Part shown: positions 1-23,026 of the stretch, one piece after another
How positions within the stretch are numbered: position 1 is the stretch's first letter
Layout of the letters: every line of letters starts with the position of its first letter
Assembly (NCBI RefSeq): GCF_009914755.1
Contig: NC_060938.1
Origin: the human T2T-CHM13v2.0 reference genome, Homo sapiens
Strand: one strand, 5' to 3'
Length of the DNA stretch: 64,000 bases
Program-made: the position numbers and the translations under genes
The notes under the pieces: generated by a model
Databases searched by the model: none
What the model was told of the DNA's origin: nothing
Seen by the model: only the letters and a program-made list of their open reading frames with translations

Positions 1-18
1 CTTTGTCTGTGTCTCTAA

Positions 19-2307
<2,289 letters not shown>

Positions 2308-2308
2308 T

Positions 2309-2500
2309 TATACATTTTAAAATAACTAAAAGAGTGTAATTGGATTGTAACACAAGGGATAAATACTTGAAGGGATGGATACTTCATTCTCTATGATGTG
2401 ATTATTTCACATTGCATGCCTGTATCAAAACATCTCACGTACCCCACAAATACGTATACCTACTATCACCCACAAAAATAAAAAATAAAAAAAAATTAAA
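2309..2500 (+). mobile_element. L1 3' end fragment (L1MA-like)
   Basis: ttggattgtaacacaagggataaata...catgcctgtatcaaaacatctca...A-rich tail. Confidence 0.75.
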
Positions 2501-2575
2501 ATACAAAAAGAAAATATGAAGGCATGAGGAGACACTGCCTCATTCATTATCTTTGTTGACTTTTACCCACTACAG

Positions 2576-2650
2576 GAAATACAACCAGAGTTCTAGGCCT
2601 CCAGTTCCAGACTATGTTGTTTCTGACAGTGGGGAAACAAAGGAATTTGG
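2576..2650 (+). CDS. BBOF1: BBOF1 coding exon, KYNQSSRPPVPDYVVSDSGETKEFG
   Basis: tacag| acceptor, gg|gtaaga donor, 75 nt, phase-compatible with both neighbours. Confidence 0.9.
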
Positions 2651-2813
2651 GTAAGAGCTCTCTTGCTTAAGTAATAAACATGAGCCCAACACGATGGTTC
2701 TTGTGGGCATCTTGAATGTGCTAATTGAAAGTAATATGACAAGTCTGTTATTCTAAACCAGGTTTCATGTGTGTAGAGTTGTTGACGGTTCTGTTATTTT
2801 GTCATTATTGCAG

Positions 2814-2928
2814 GGATGAAAGTAAGCTTCAAGATAAAATCTTCATCACCCAGCAAATTGCAATATCAGACTCTTCTGGTGAAGTGGTGCTACCCACTAT
2901 TCCAAAAGAACCTCAGGAGTCTGACACA
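2814..2928 (+). CDS. BBOF1: BBOF1 penultimate coding exon, DESKLQDKIFITQQIAISDSSGEVVLPTIPKEPQESDT
   Basis: ttgcag| acceptor, aca|gtaagg donor, ends in phase 0; within ORF 2767..3048. Confidence 0.9.
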
Positions 2929-3664
2929 GTAAGGAGTCTGTATCTAATCAAACAATGTATATTGTTGTCACCCTTCCCCATGTCGCTTCTTGCTAAATCA
3001 CGGTTATTTTCTCTACTAGTTGAGAGACTTCAGGGATCAGTGGAATGAGTAATAAATAGCATTAGTAGATTACATAAATTTTTAAAGCAATATCCGTACA
3101 AATGCATATTATACTAATGCAAATGCAAATGTGTGCCTCTTTTTGTGTAGAAACCTATAGGTTGCCTTTTGAAGTAAACAGCCTAGCCAAAATGTGTACT
3201 ATCTTTTACGTAAGAGTAAACATAGTGACCTTGTGACTCTTAGCTTTCCATCACAGGTGGGAAGTCAGAGTCATTACAACCTAGAGGACAAAGGCTTATA
3301 AGGAGATATGAAATGATTTTTTTAAGCCAAGTTTTTCTCTTTAAGAGTTTTTAATTTATAATTTGTTATTCATAATTAGTACAATGTAGAATCTGAGAAA
3401 TTTCAAATGAAGCCACATTAGAACAAAAAGAAAATACTGACTTTTTAGCCGCGATCACATGAATATAACTGATGAGTTTTTTTCATCTAAGAAATAAGAA
3501 ACTCTGAGCAGCAAATAGTTGGCCAGATGAGTTGTTTCTAATTAGAGCATCACAGTTCTGATTAGTGTGTTTTTTTAGAAGTGATTTCCCTTAAATATAA
3601 GGAAAATGTTAGGAATCTCTGTGACTACATTTAATTCCACTTGGAATATAGACAATAATGACCT

Positions 3665-3670
3665 TTTATT
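3665..3670 (-). terminator. Candidate ALDH6A1 polyadenylation signal AATAAA (ATTAAA variants at 3630-3635 and 3350-3355)
   Basis: First tttatt found by eye downstream of the ALDH6A1 stop; implies a ~2.7-kb Alu-containing 3' UTR; usage inferred. Confidence 0.4.
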
Positions 3671-3715
3671 TAACCCAGCCTATAGTTGTTGGATTGGATT
3701 AAATATCACTACCAG

Positions 3716-5969
<2,254 letters not shown>

Positions 5970-6311
5970 GGAACATTTTCTTTACATACACTGGCTTTTC
6001 TCCCCTTCAAATCATCAGAAAATGGGATAATTTTTAGAAATCAGGTTTAAGCACTACTTTCAGATAAGCATTTCATAGTTACAACAGTTACCTCAAAATA
6101 GAAGTATGAAGAGCAAGTGAGAAATCTGGTTTCATTGTTACACTAGGCAGTTCCCTATAGAAACTTTGCAGGGGTTAATAGTCCTGAGGAAGATTTTAGT
6201 TACAATGTATTCCAATCCCATCGATCTGATCTGAGCAAAGCTGACAAATGAAGCTGGTCAAAAATAAAGGGAGATTACTCAGGATGGAGTCAGTCTTAAA
6301 CAAACTTGTTT

Positions 6312-6416
6312 CTAACGGCCCATGGTAGGCATGACAACAGCAGGTGAGGAAAGAGTAGCATCTTCTTCTTTCCACTGAGAAGTAATGGTCTTTAACTGAG
6401 TGTAGAATTGGATGCC
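6312..6416 (-). CDS. ALDH6A1: ALDH6A1 exon 12 coding part, GIQFYTQLKTITSQWKEEDATLSSPAVVMPTMGR-stop; methylmalonate-semialdehyde dehydrogenase (acylating)
   Basis: ccttag| acceptor, TAG at 6314-6312; the 12 exons sum to 1608 nt = 535 aa. Confidence 0.97.
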   Translation of the reverse strand, partial: GIQFYTQLKTITSQWKEEDATLSSPAVVMPTMGR

Positions 6417-6645
6417 CTAAGGAAAACAGAAAAAAAGTTAGCATATATTTCTGGGGTTTCATGATTCTTCTTTTAATTAGCTTTTGAAGGAGGTATTATA
6501 AAGTGCTACTCACTTTCCTAATTGAGAAATGCAATCAGAATCCAATATATATTGTTCCTAAGATAATTGATCTAAAACATTTAACATAATACCTGGCAGA
6601 TAGTAAACAATCAAACCTTAGCCATCATTATTATGCTGAAACTAG

Positions 6646-10156
<3,511 letters not shown>

Positions 10157-10353
10157 TTAAAGTGAGACATGACAGATGATTAGGAGTTAGTCAGATGAAA
10201 GGGGAGAGATGGGGAAGAGGGTCACACACTCAGGAAATGGCATATACAAAGGCTTAGACTTCCCCATGCTCTTTCCTCAAAACTTTGTTGCTTTGAATTA
10301 TTCAGGAAGAAGCAGCTTTGGCAAAATTTTGTTAACTTTTAAATCTTTTTTAG

Positions 10354-10365
10354 GGAACCTTCTGA
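10354..10365 (+). CDS. BBOF1: BBOF1 terminal exon coding part, GTF-stop (gga acc ttc tga)
   Basis: tctttttttag| acceptor then in-frame GTF*; agrees with my recollection of the BBOF1 C-terminus ...ESDTGTF. Confidence 0.8.
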   Translation, partial: GTF

Positions 10366-10487
10366 GAAGCACTGATTATGACCTCACAGATGCTGCTGGC
10401 AGTCCCTTCCTTGCAGAATCCTTGCTCCTGAATATCTTTAAGAAAATTTCTTAAAGGAAAAGACAAAAAATTTAACTCAAAAGTTAC

Positions 10488-10586
10488 CTGTTTGCCATAG
10501 AAATTGGTGTCTCCCCTGAAGGAGGATCGAGAGCCGGTGAATGAGAACATTGGCAAAGGCACTGGAATGGGGACATTCACTCCCAC
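10488..10586 (-). CDS. ALDH6A1: ALDH6A1 exon 11, [33 protein letters not shown]
   Basis: 99 nt AG/GT exon; methylmalonate-semialdehyde dehydrogenase-type NVPIPVP motif. Confidence 0.98.
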
Positions 10587-10846
10587 CTAAAACAGAACAA
10601 ATCCGTGTCATATCCTAAGGACAAAGGAACTCTCCATTTAGAAACACAAAGGCATCAGAGACCAGTTTTAAATACCCACCTTCTACCCTATCCTCTACCC
10701 CATGAACTTTCATTCCTGAGGAAGAAATGGGGCAATGTGGGAGGTCATGGGGGCAATCTTAAACCAATGACTCACCATTATTTACTGTTTCCTCTTAGGA
10801 AATAGTAAATGGATATAAGAATCTCTTAAAAATTCTGTTCACGAAC

Positions 10847-11026
10847 CTGTCCAACATCCACCAAGTGGGCATATTTCCGAGCAGTGGCTCCATTGGTGGT
10901 GAAGATGGCAGTTCCATTTCCATATGGGTTGTTATTTACAATCTGGATGGCTTCATCCAATGTTTCTGTCTCCAGAACCACAAGAACTGGACCAAAAATC
11001 TCCTCTTTGTAACAGGTCATATTTGG
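10847..11026 (-). CDS. ALDH6A1: ALDH6A1 exon 10, [14 protein letters not shown]...LVDVGQ
   Basis: 180 nt; ALDH EEIFGP motif; cag|gttcgt donor. Confidence 0.98.
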
Positions 11027-11738
11027 CTGCCAGGAGTGATGCATCCAGAAAAGAAGTCAGCTTTTTGGATTCTGAGTATTTTATGCTTATTTGGTACTTT
11101 CACTTACTACACATCATTTACGTGGACAACTTTCATATTACTAATCTCTTTTCATTTCAAATCACCTATTTAAAAAAAAAGTCCTCTCTCAAGTGTATTC
11201 CGTCTTCCAAGTTACCAATCATATAAACAACTTGGAATTCCTATCAACAATAACCACACTTCCTTTAAGGGACTGTATCTTTAGTTCATGACCCATCATC
11301 AGCTGCCTTTTTAATACCTGAACGACTAGTTTCATCCAATTGTTATCAAAAAGTTACATGAAAATTTATTTTTTATAAATCCAATCTATAGTAAATATAC
11401 CAGGATAATTTTTCTCTTTACAGAAACCCCATGCTGTTTTCTGTAACATAAATAATCCATTCTTATTCACTCCTTTGCCTCCCAAATATGTCTGTATGTT
11501 TATATTTTGATATCAGGTCGCAGACACTCAAAACATCCTTCACCATGCAATTAATGTTTGTTGCTGATAAACGGATTTTTCTGTATGGTTCTGTGGCAAG
11601 AGATTTCATAATTTCTACTGCACTTACATTCAACACTTGATGATTCACTATTATAGTAAGGATATATGAATTTCAAAAAATGCCTCATAACCTCAATTTT
11701 TAAGTCATGTTAGCTGAGAGACTTTCAAAGTTTTGATA

Positions 11739-11781
11739 AATAAAAATTGACAAGTCAATTATTTTTGTCACTTTCAATAAA
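11739..11781 (+). terminator. Candidate BBOF1 polyadenylation signals, AATAAA at 11739-11744 and 11776-11781
   Basis: First canonical hexamers I found downstream of the BBOF1 stop; usage inferred. Confidence 0.5.
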
Positions 11782-11882
11782 TATTGGGTGGTTGATATAT
11801 TGATTGAGACACTGCAGTAGCCATAAGCTAGGCAGCAAGAGGGAGAGGGGAGAGAAAACATTAACAAACCAGTATAAGATAA

Positions 11883-12178
11883 GATAGCGTTTGGCAAACT
11901 ATAGCCTGTGGGCCAAATGTGGCTTCCTGCCTGTTTTTGTACAGCCCCAAGTTAAAAATGGTTTTTGCATTTTTAAATGGTTGAAAAAAAATTAATCATA
12001 TATAAAATGATATGAAATTCAAATATCAGTGTCCATAAATAACATTTTTTTTGGAACACAGCCACACAATGTTTATAGCTGATCTCACACTACAATGTCA
12101 GAGTTTAGTTGCAACAGACACTATATCCCTGCAAAGCTGGAAATATCTATCCCTTTATGGAAAGTCTGCAGACTGCTG
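11883..12178. mobile_element. hAT-Charlie DNA transposon relic (MER58B-like)
   Basis: ggcaaactatagcctgtgggccaaa...cctgtttttgta...aaattcaaatatcagtgtccataaataa...ttggaacacagccac. Confidence 0.7.
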
Positions 12179-12370
12179 GTATAGTGGAAAGAGTTTGGTT
12201 GGGAGTTAGAAGGAGAGGCTCATTCAGACTCCAGATAAAATAATTGATCAATCCTGGCAAGAGATAAGGTCTTAGTCATTAAGTATTTTCATTAATAAAT
12301 TAGAGGGATGAGATTCTATAGCCTTTAAGGTGCCTTCAGCTCTCATATTTGTGAAGTGAAAGTTGTTCAC

Positions 12371-12552
12371 CTTGACATTCGAGATGATGGTTGGTCCAAC
12401 AAAGTTGCCATTTTCATAGCCTTTCACTTTAATTTTTCGTCCATCAAGAAGGATGGAAGCTCCCTCCTTTGTTCCACTATCAATCAGATTACAGACTCGC
12501 TCTTTGGCCTGGGGAGTGATCAGAGGGCCAAGATCAGCTCCAGGCTGATCTC
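12371..12552 (-). CDS. ALDH6A1: ALDH6A1 exon 9, DQPGADLGPLITPQ...FVGPTIISNVK
   Basis: ttttacag| acceptor, aag|gtgaac donor, 182 nt. Confidence 0.97.
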
Positions 12553-13045
12553 CTGTAAAACAACACAGAAGAATTTAAGGTCCTCATTAACATAAATTAT
12601 GACTGCTGCCAGGGCTCATGCCTGTAATCCCAAAGCTTTAGGAGGCCAAGGCAGGAGGACTGCTTGAGCCCAGGAGTTCCAGACCAGCCTGGGCAACAAA
12701 GTGAGACTTCATATTTACAAAAAATAAAAAAATTAGCCAGGTGGTGGCCCGCACCTGTAGTCCAAGCTGCTCAGGAGGCTGAGGCAGGAGGATCACTTGA
12801 GCCCAACAGTTTGAGGCTGCCATGAGCTAGGATGGTGCCACTGCACTCCAGCTTGGGTAACAGACAGCCTGTGCTTTAAAAAAAAAGACTGCTAACAAGA
12901 TGACTCCAAATGACAAGTACAGTATAAAGAGAGGAAATGGCAAGAATAGACATGATTGTTCCCACTGGCCAAGGCCAGTGACAGAACCCAAGAGCTTAAT
13001 GCCACAGATGCAAAATCTAAGGGGGCAAGTCAGGTGATTGATTAC

Positions 13046-13235
13046 CTGCATTGACTCTCAGGTTTTTGGCATGCTCCACCAGCTCTGGCAGCCACTTCTT
13101 GGCTTCTCCCACAAGGACTGCTGTTGAAAGAGCCATGCAGCGCTGACCAGCAGCTCCAAATGCTGCCCCAACCAGCTGGTTCAGGGTATTTTCCTTATTG
13201 GCATCTGGCATGACTACCCCATGGTTCTTGGCTCC
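13046..13235 (-). CDS. ALDH6A1: ALDH6A1 exon 8, GAKNHGVVMPD...FGAAGQRCMA...LRVNA (catalytic Cys)
   Basis: 190 nt AG/GT exon; GQRC catalytic cysteine motif; ORF 13017..13211. Confidence 0.98.
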
Positions 13236-13388
13236 CTAAAAAAAAATGCAGAAAGCACATGAGTCTTCCTTGGCCAAATACAACTAAGCTAAGAAATTAA
13301 GCAGTGGACCAGGTGTGGTGGCTAATGCCTGTAATCCCAGCACTTTGGAAGGCTGAGGTGAGAAGGATAACTTGAGGTCAGGAGTTCA

Positions 13389-13644
<256 letters not shown>

Positions 13645-13690
13645 TTATATGAAGAGCAATGTTAAAAAAAAAAAAAAAAAAAAGAACTTA

Positions 13691-13884
<194 letters not shown>

Positions 13885-13941
13885 TTAAAATACAAAAATT
13901 AGCTGGGTGTGGTGGTAGGCACCTGTAATCCCAGCTACTCA

Positions 13942-14524
<583 letters not shown>

Positions 14525-14528
14525 TCAC

Positions 14529-14650
14529 CATATTGGCTTGAACCCTCTTGCCATGTCTTGATCCTCTCTCGAAGATATACTCTCCTGCCTTGTTGGATCC
14601 CACAAAGCTGATTGCTTTGATGTCCGGATGATCGCAAATAAAATTTACAG
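14529..14650 (-). CDS. ALDH6A1: ALDH6A1 exon 7, AVNFICDHPDIKAISFVGSNKAG...VQANM
   Basis: 122 nt AG/GT exon; Rossmann FVGSxxxG motif. Confidence 0.97.
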
Positions 14651-15231
14651 CTTTAAGAAGAAAATAAATGATCACTCACAAAGGAGCAAATGGATTCTCA
14701 ACATGGCAAATTTCCCCTTTCCCCACTGCTATGGATTTGAAGTTTTCCTGTGTTTTTCTTTTACTTTTTCTTTTTTTTTTTTTTTTTTTTTTTGAGACGG
14801 AGTCTCGCTCTGTTGCCCAGGCTGGAGTGCAGTGGCACAATTTCGGCTCACTGCAACCTCCGCCTCCCAGGTTCAAGCAATTCTCTGCCTCAGCCTCCCA
14901 AGCAGCTGGGATTATAGGCACCCACCACCATGCCTGCCTAATTTTTGTATTTTTAGTAGACACGGGGTTTCACAATCTTGGCCAGGCTGGTCTTGAACTC
15001 CTGACCTCGTGATCCACTCGCCTTGGCCTCCCAAAATGCTGGGATTACAGGTGTGAGCCACTGCATCAGGCCTGTGTTTTTCTGTACTGGATTCTCATTG
15101 TGAAGTTCTCTCCTTGTTTCTTTTAAATTCTATTTAGCCGGCTGGACACGGTGGCGCATGCCTGTAATTCCAGCACTTTGGGAGGCCGAGGCAGGTGGAT
15201 CACCTGAGGTCAGGAGTTCGAGACCTTCCTA

Positions 15232-15456
<225 letters not shown>

Positions 15457-15697
15457 TTAGTCTCTTTCCTTTCATGATTTTTCTCATTTGCTATTCCAGA
15501 ATTTCTACTTCTAATCTAACCTTTTTTTTTTTTTTTTTTTTTGAGACAGGGTCTCACTGTTTCACCTAGGCTAGAGTACAGTGGTACAGTCTTGGCTCAC
15601 TGCAACCTCTGTTTGCCAGGCTCAAGCTGTCTTCCCACCTCATGGGACTACCTGCACATGCCACCATTCCTGGCTAATTTTTGTATTTTTTTTGTAG

Positions 15698-15814
<117 letters not shown>

Positions 15815-15821
15815 TAATCTA

Positions 15822-16082
<261 letters not shown>

Positions 16083-16271
16083 TTAAGAGGCAGAGGCAGG
16101 AAAATTGCTTGAACCTGGGAGGCAGCGGGTAGAGTGAGCCGAGATCGCACCACTGCTCTCCAGTCTGGGCGACAGAGGGAGACTCCATCTCAAAAAAAAG
16201 AATAACAATATTTCCTCAATGGTGACTATGTACTGGGACACTCAGACACTATTGTGTTCTCATGTAAGAGG

Positions 16272-16518
16272 TAATATAGTGTAGTTTTTAAAAGCAAAAA
16301 TCAGAGTCAGCCTTCCTGGATGGGTATACACATCCTGGCTTTGACGGTTTCTAGCACTGTGACTTTGGGCTAATTAATTTCACTATGTCTCATTTTTCTC
16401 TTCTGCAAAATGGAAAAATAATACCTACCTCAAAGGGTGATTATAAAGATTAATAGATAAAAAGCACTAGGAACGGTGCCTGAAACACAGAAGCACTATT
16501 TAAGTATTAGCTATTATT
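16272..16518 (+). mobile_element. MIR SINE
   Basis: ctgtgactttgggc...tctcatttttctcttctgcaaaatggaaaaataatacctacctca...gtgcctg core. Confidence 0.75.
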
Positions 16519-16873
16519 ACATGAATTAGAAGGCCTTCAGTATCTCTGAGATCTGCAAATTCTCTGAATTAAATACCCTCATGTATTCTCTTCACACTGA
16601 AGAAAAAAGTTTCTTTTTAATCTTATCTGTGTCTAGCCCTAATCCATATTTCTAGTGTCCCAATATATACTGTAGGGCAACAAGCACTGCTATTCCCCAA
16701 TCAGTTACCTTGGCGCACAAAGATGGCAAAATCATCAACAAACATGGAGGTTAAAATGAGTAAATCCTTTCCTCCTTACAAGTAGGTTCCTTATCCTAAA
16801 ACATCCAACCATCACTCAACACCTTGATTTTTTGGTAGCCAGATTAAGTAGCCATATGCAGAAGGGCAGTTAC

Positions 16874-17176
16874 CTTCATGCTGTCCATGGATGATGTTTA
16901 ATGTTCCATCAGGGGCACCAGAATCCTGGAGCAACTTAGCAAGAAGCATAGTTGCTCCAGGGACTCGCTCAGATGGTTTCATTAGGAAGGTATTTCCACA
17001 CACCATGGCCATGGGAAACATCCAAAGGGGGATCATGGCAGGAAAATTGAATGGAGCAATGCCTGCACACACTCCCAGAGGCAGACGGTAGGAATAAAGG
17101 TCCATGTCTTTGGTGATGGATGGCATGGTCTCTCCCATCATGAGGGATGTCACACTACAGGCATGCTCAACCACCT
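16874..17176 (-). CDS. ALDH6A1: ALDH6A1 exon 6, VVEHACSV...PFNFP...KPSE...IIHGQHE
   Basis: 303 nt AG/GT exon; ALDH PFNFP and KPSE motifs; ORF 16812..17174. Confidence 0.98.
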
Positions 17177-17574
17177 CTGGAACACAGAAGTCAGGCCATC
17201 AGCTCTCCACACTGTGTACTAGTTAGCTTTGTCCTGTTCTCTTCAGCCCTGAGGACAGGAAGTGGTTCAGGCCAATGAAGGGGCGCAGGGTACACTGACT
17301 TGCCCTTCCAAGTTAAGGGTTTGTGCAAAATGAGATTCTCTGAATGGGAAAAATACAGCGATATGTATATACCCACTGGAAGATCATTTGAGTAAAGAGT
17401 AAAGTAAATCAGTCTTAGGGATACTGAATACTGCCATTTTTCACAAGTATTAAAAAAGATATCATGGGATGGCAAAATCTATGTAAAGGAAGAAGCAACC
17501 TCCCATTCTGCGATCTTTGCCTCCCATCTTCCTTTGGTCCTTCCCAAAAGTCCCATAAGGGGCTCCCAGCTTAC

Positions 17575-17653
17575 GAAGGCCTCGAAATACATCTCCTTCA
17601 GCATCAGCTAGGGTCTTCCCTTGTTCCAATGTGATTAACTTGGCAATTTCTTT
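17575..17653 (-). CDS. ALDH6A1: ALDH6A1 exon 5, KEIAKLITLEQGKTLADAEGDVFRGL
   Basis: ctctag| acceptor, |gtaagc donor, 79 nt; ALDH ExGK motif. Confidence 0.97.
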
Positions 17654-17881
17654 CTAGAGAGAAGACACACAAATAGAAATTGATGCAAGAATGTTCCTCT
17701 TTTAAATTCTGAGGTAGCAAAGGAAGAATAAGACTGGAGGAGATGCAGTACAAGGGAGAGAGTCATGATCAACGTCTCTGCATACTGCAGAGTAAGGGAG
17801 GGTGGCTGAAAAGGTCTCTGTGAGAGTGACAAACATGCCCTAGGTGACAGTTTGGAAAAGCATACCATTTAGATTTCATAC

Positions 17882-18043
17882 CAAGTTTTCTTTAATAAGT
17901 TGTTGATAGCGGAGCAAGACCTGCTGGCGGCTTAATACTGAAGTGTCTGCCCATGCAGGAAAAGCACGTTTGCAGGAAGCAATGGCTGCATCCATTTCTG
18001 CCTTGGTGGCCTGAGGGACCCGACCAATGACCTCATTGGTGGC
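17882..18043 (-). CDS. ALDH6A1: ALDH6A1 exon 4, ATNEVIGRVPQ...QQLIKENL
   Basis: AG/GT bounded, 162 nt; ORF 17876..18100. Confidence 0.97.
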
Positions 18044-18215
18044 CTGATGAGAAAAATAAGCACATGATCCTTTGCCTGACTCACCTTCTCCACTGTACAT
18101 CCAGTCACAGAAGTGGCACTATGTGCTTTACAACAGACACCCAGGTCCCTTCTTGCCCATCATGTCCCTAGAATTCTAGGCTCATAAGTTGAAGTCCCAA
18201 AGCAGCTTCGCTTAC

Positions 18216-18290
18216 TGGGTTGTGGATATCGATCCATTTGTCACTTTTGGATTCAACGAATTTCCCACCAATGAAGAGCTTTACAGTTGG
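18216..18290 (-). CDS. ALDH6A1: ALDH6A1 exon 3, PTVKLFIGGKFVESKSDKWIDIHNP
   Basis: ttttcag| acceptor, |gtaagc donor, 75 nt; ALDH N-terminal LFIGGKFV motif. Confidence 0.97.
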
Positions 18291-19376
18291 CTGAAAAAAA
18301 AAAACAAACAAACAAACAAACAAAAACATGAAACTTTGTATTAGCTAATTGCTTTGCTTTTCCCTTTCCCTTGCACCAAAAGGAAAGAAAACAAGTTGAT
18401 AACGGAATCTTCTGGTCTTTAGAAATGTTACCACTAGGAAAGAGACACATAATATCCCTATCTATTCTGTGTGTGTGTGTTTATTTTTTTTTTGAGACAG
18501 AGTTTCGCTCTTGTCCCCCAGTCTGGAGCACACAGTGGTATGATCTCGGCTCACTGCAACCTCTGATTCCCGGGTTCGAGCAATTCTCTTGCCTCAGCCC
18601 TTCGAGTAGCTGAGATTACAGACACCCGCCACAACACCCAACTAATTTTTGTATTTTGAGTAGAGATGGGGTTTCACCATGTCGGCCAGACTGATCTCGA
18701 ACTCCTGACCTCAGGTGATCCACCCACCTCGGCCTCCCAAAGTGCTAGGATTACAGGCGTGAGCCTCTGCACCTGGCCCTTATTTTTTATTTTTTATTTT
18801 TTTGAGACATGGTCTCACTCTGTTGCCCAGGCTGGAGTGTAGTGTGATCATGACTCACTGCAGCCTCAACCCCCAGGGCTTAGGTGATTCTCCCACCTCA
18901 GCCTCCTGAGCAGCTGGGACTACAGGCACATGCTACCATGCCCAGCTAATTTTTTTGTACTTTTGATAGAGACGGGGTTTGGCCATATTGCCTGGCTGGT
19001 CTCGAACTCCTGGGCTCAAGTGATCCACCTGCGTCAGGCTCTCAAAGTGCTGGGATTACAGGCGTGAGTCATCGTGCCCAGACTATAGTATATATTAAGA
19101 TGTGGCACAGCCTCTCAATACTGTGATCTCTCTGAGAATGGGAAATTCCCTGCTATTCACACAGTGGAACTTCATGAGTAGAAACACGATATTATGAAGC
19201 TTATACTAAAAAAGCAGCAACTCTGTTAATAAAGATTAGCTATTATGACTTTTTGGCCCAGCTGACTGTTACATTACTGTGAGCATGTATTACCTTTATG
19301 ATCAAAAGATTTTTGGCTGGGCAAATGGCTCACGCCTGTAATCCCAGCACTTTGGGAGGCCGAGGCAGGTGGATCA

Positions 19377-19661
<285 letters not shown>

Positions 19662-19685
19662 TTAACTAATTTTTTTTTTTTTTAA

Positions 19686-20201
<516 letters not shown>

Positions 20202-20634
20202 TGATCCACCTGCCTCAGCCTCCCAAAGTGCTGGGACACTAAATTTTTAAAGCGGTCTATGAACCAAAAAATGGTGACCTACTGTGGTACAGTGCGTGCA
20301 TACTTCTGTGTAGAAAGAATTTGAGCAATAGTCCTTATTTATTAGATTTTAGATGCTGGAAGTGGTTGACAGACAGATGATCTGTAAAAACCACTCTAAA
20401 GGTCATTAAGAAGAAGACAACTATCTGGCAGGGTCAGCAGAACCTCTAGAAGCCATGAAAATGTTTGTATCTTTTGACATGGTAATCCATTTCAGGAGGG
20501 AAATAATCCAAAAGGAGGAAAAAACTAGAAAGTTTCACATACACTCTGATGACAATTATGTAAAGAAGATAGAGATACCCAAAACTATACTGAATTCCTT
20601 CTCAGAAGTCAACCTCTATGCCAAATAAACTCAC

Positions 20635-20697
20635 CACTGAAGAAGAGAAGGAAGATGCTGAATACCAGGTGGGACTGGATTTCACCTTGGAAGAAAC
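20635..20697 (-). CDS. ALDH6A1: ALDH6A1 exon 2, VSSKVKSSPTWYSASSFSSSV
   Basis: cacag| acceptor, gtg|gtgagt donor, 63 nt. Confidence 0.95.
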
Positions 20698-21189
20698 CTG
20701 TGAGGCAAAAGAACGATTATTTTGATAAATGAGAGCAGAAAGTTATTTAAAATTTAGCAAATAGCTACTATATGCTATTTGCTATAGTATATAGGGGGTA
20801 TGTTTCTCTCAAAGGCCATACAGTCATTAAAGAGAAAAGATATGAATCTATGACACAGCAAACTATGAACAAACAATAAACCATAATAATCATGTCCTAT
20901 ATTTCCAGGATAGTACTGATTAAAAAAAATCTTTTTGTCATTATATTTTCCTAATTTGGGCCTGGCAAATGTACCATAAATCTAACAATATGAAAATACT
21001 TAGCATGGTATCTAACACAATAGGTACTGAATTTAAGATCATATAAAATCAATGTGCTGGGCATGGTGACTCACGCCTGTAATCTCAGCACTTTGGGAAG
21101 CTGAGACGGGTATATCACTTGAGTCTAGGAGTTTTGAGACCACCCTGGGCAACATGGCAAAACCTTGTCTACAAAAAATTAAAAAATTA

Positions 21190-21384
<195 letters not shown>

Positions 21385-21429
21385 TCAATGTAAATATAAA
21401 TCAAAATTTATTACCAAATGCAATTAAAA

Positions 21430-21900
21430 TTATGTCCATATAGGTATTTGAAAAATGAATGTTCATAAGAACTTTATTTGTAGTAGCCCAAAACTTGGAA
21501 ACAACCCAATGTCTACCATTGGATGGGTGAATAAGGAAACTAATGTGGTATATTCATACACTGGAATACTACTCAGCAAAAAAAGGAATGACCTGCTGAT
21601 ACATGCAATATAAATAGTCATAATAATTATGGCAAGAGACAGAAGTTAGATAATAAAAGTACATACTGTATGATTCTACTTATGTAACACTAGAGAATGC
21701 AAACAAATCTGTAATATCAGAAAGCAGAACAGTGGTTACCTAGGGATGAAGAGGGAAACTTTTTGGGGTGATGGACATATGTTCATTATGTTGATTGTGA
21801 TGCTATTTTCACAGGTGTATACAAATGTTAAAACTCATCAAACTGCATACTTTAAATATGTACAGATTGTTTTGTGTCAATTTTATTTTAATAAAGCTAT
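21430..21900 (+). mobile_element. Old L1M 3' region fragment
   Basis: atgttcata...ttggaaacaacccaatgtc...tgtggtatattcatacactggaatactactcagc...aataaagct. Confidence 0.75.
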
Positions 21901-22015
21901 ATTGAAATGCCATAGGTACATTAAAGGAAAAAATGTGTTGGATAGATAATATTTGATGGAGTAAAATCAGTAAACGGGGAGGATCAGTTTCAACAAGATA
22001 ACTCTCAAATTGTAA

Positions 22016-22348
<333 letters not shown>

Positions 22349-22383
22349 TGAGATTACAGACACCCGCCACCATGCCTGGCTAA

Positions 22384-22554
<171 letters not shown>

Positions 22555-23026
22555 TAAGAAATACTTAAGCCAATCAAAATGAGCAAACTAAAATACTCAG
22601 GACTGGGATATAAAGGAAAGCTGCAATCTAATAATCTTTTATCTTGCCTGAAAAGGGACTCTGTTAACCAGAGTATAGAGCTGCATGAAGGGTGCCTGCA
22701 GCACTGCCCAGGAAAAGGTGGTGGTCCTTTGGTCCAGCAGATAGTCCTTCCAAATACCTCATCTGTTTGCTCTTCTATTCCCTACCAAAGCCATTTCAAA
22801 CCACTGACACTCTCCTGGAGCCCATCATGTCTTATTTATAGCTATGTTCCCAATACCAACATAGTACTCGGTAGGTAGTAGGTGTTCAGTAAATATCTGC
22901 TGAATAAAATAGAAGCCCATTCCTGTCTGCTTCCTACCCCAAACTAGGTTAAGAGGCCCTTTTTTGTCCTCTGAAAGCAGCCAATACTTCCCGTTTCAGG
23001 CTTATCTCTCTGTGTTGTAATTGTTT

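Noticed and set aside
3117-3130. Overlapping octamer motifs ATGCAAATGCAAAT
   Set aside because: Plausible by chance in AT-rich DNA; no supporting context
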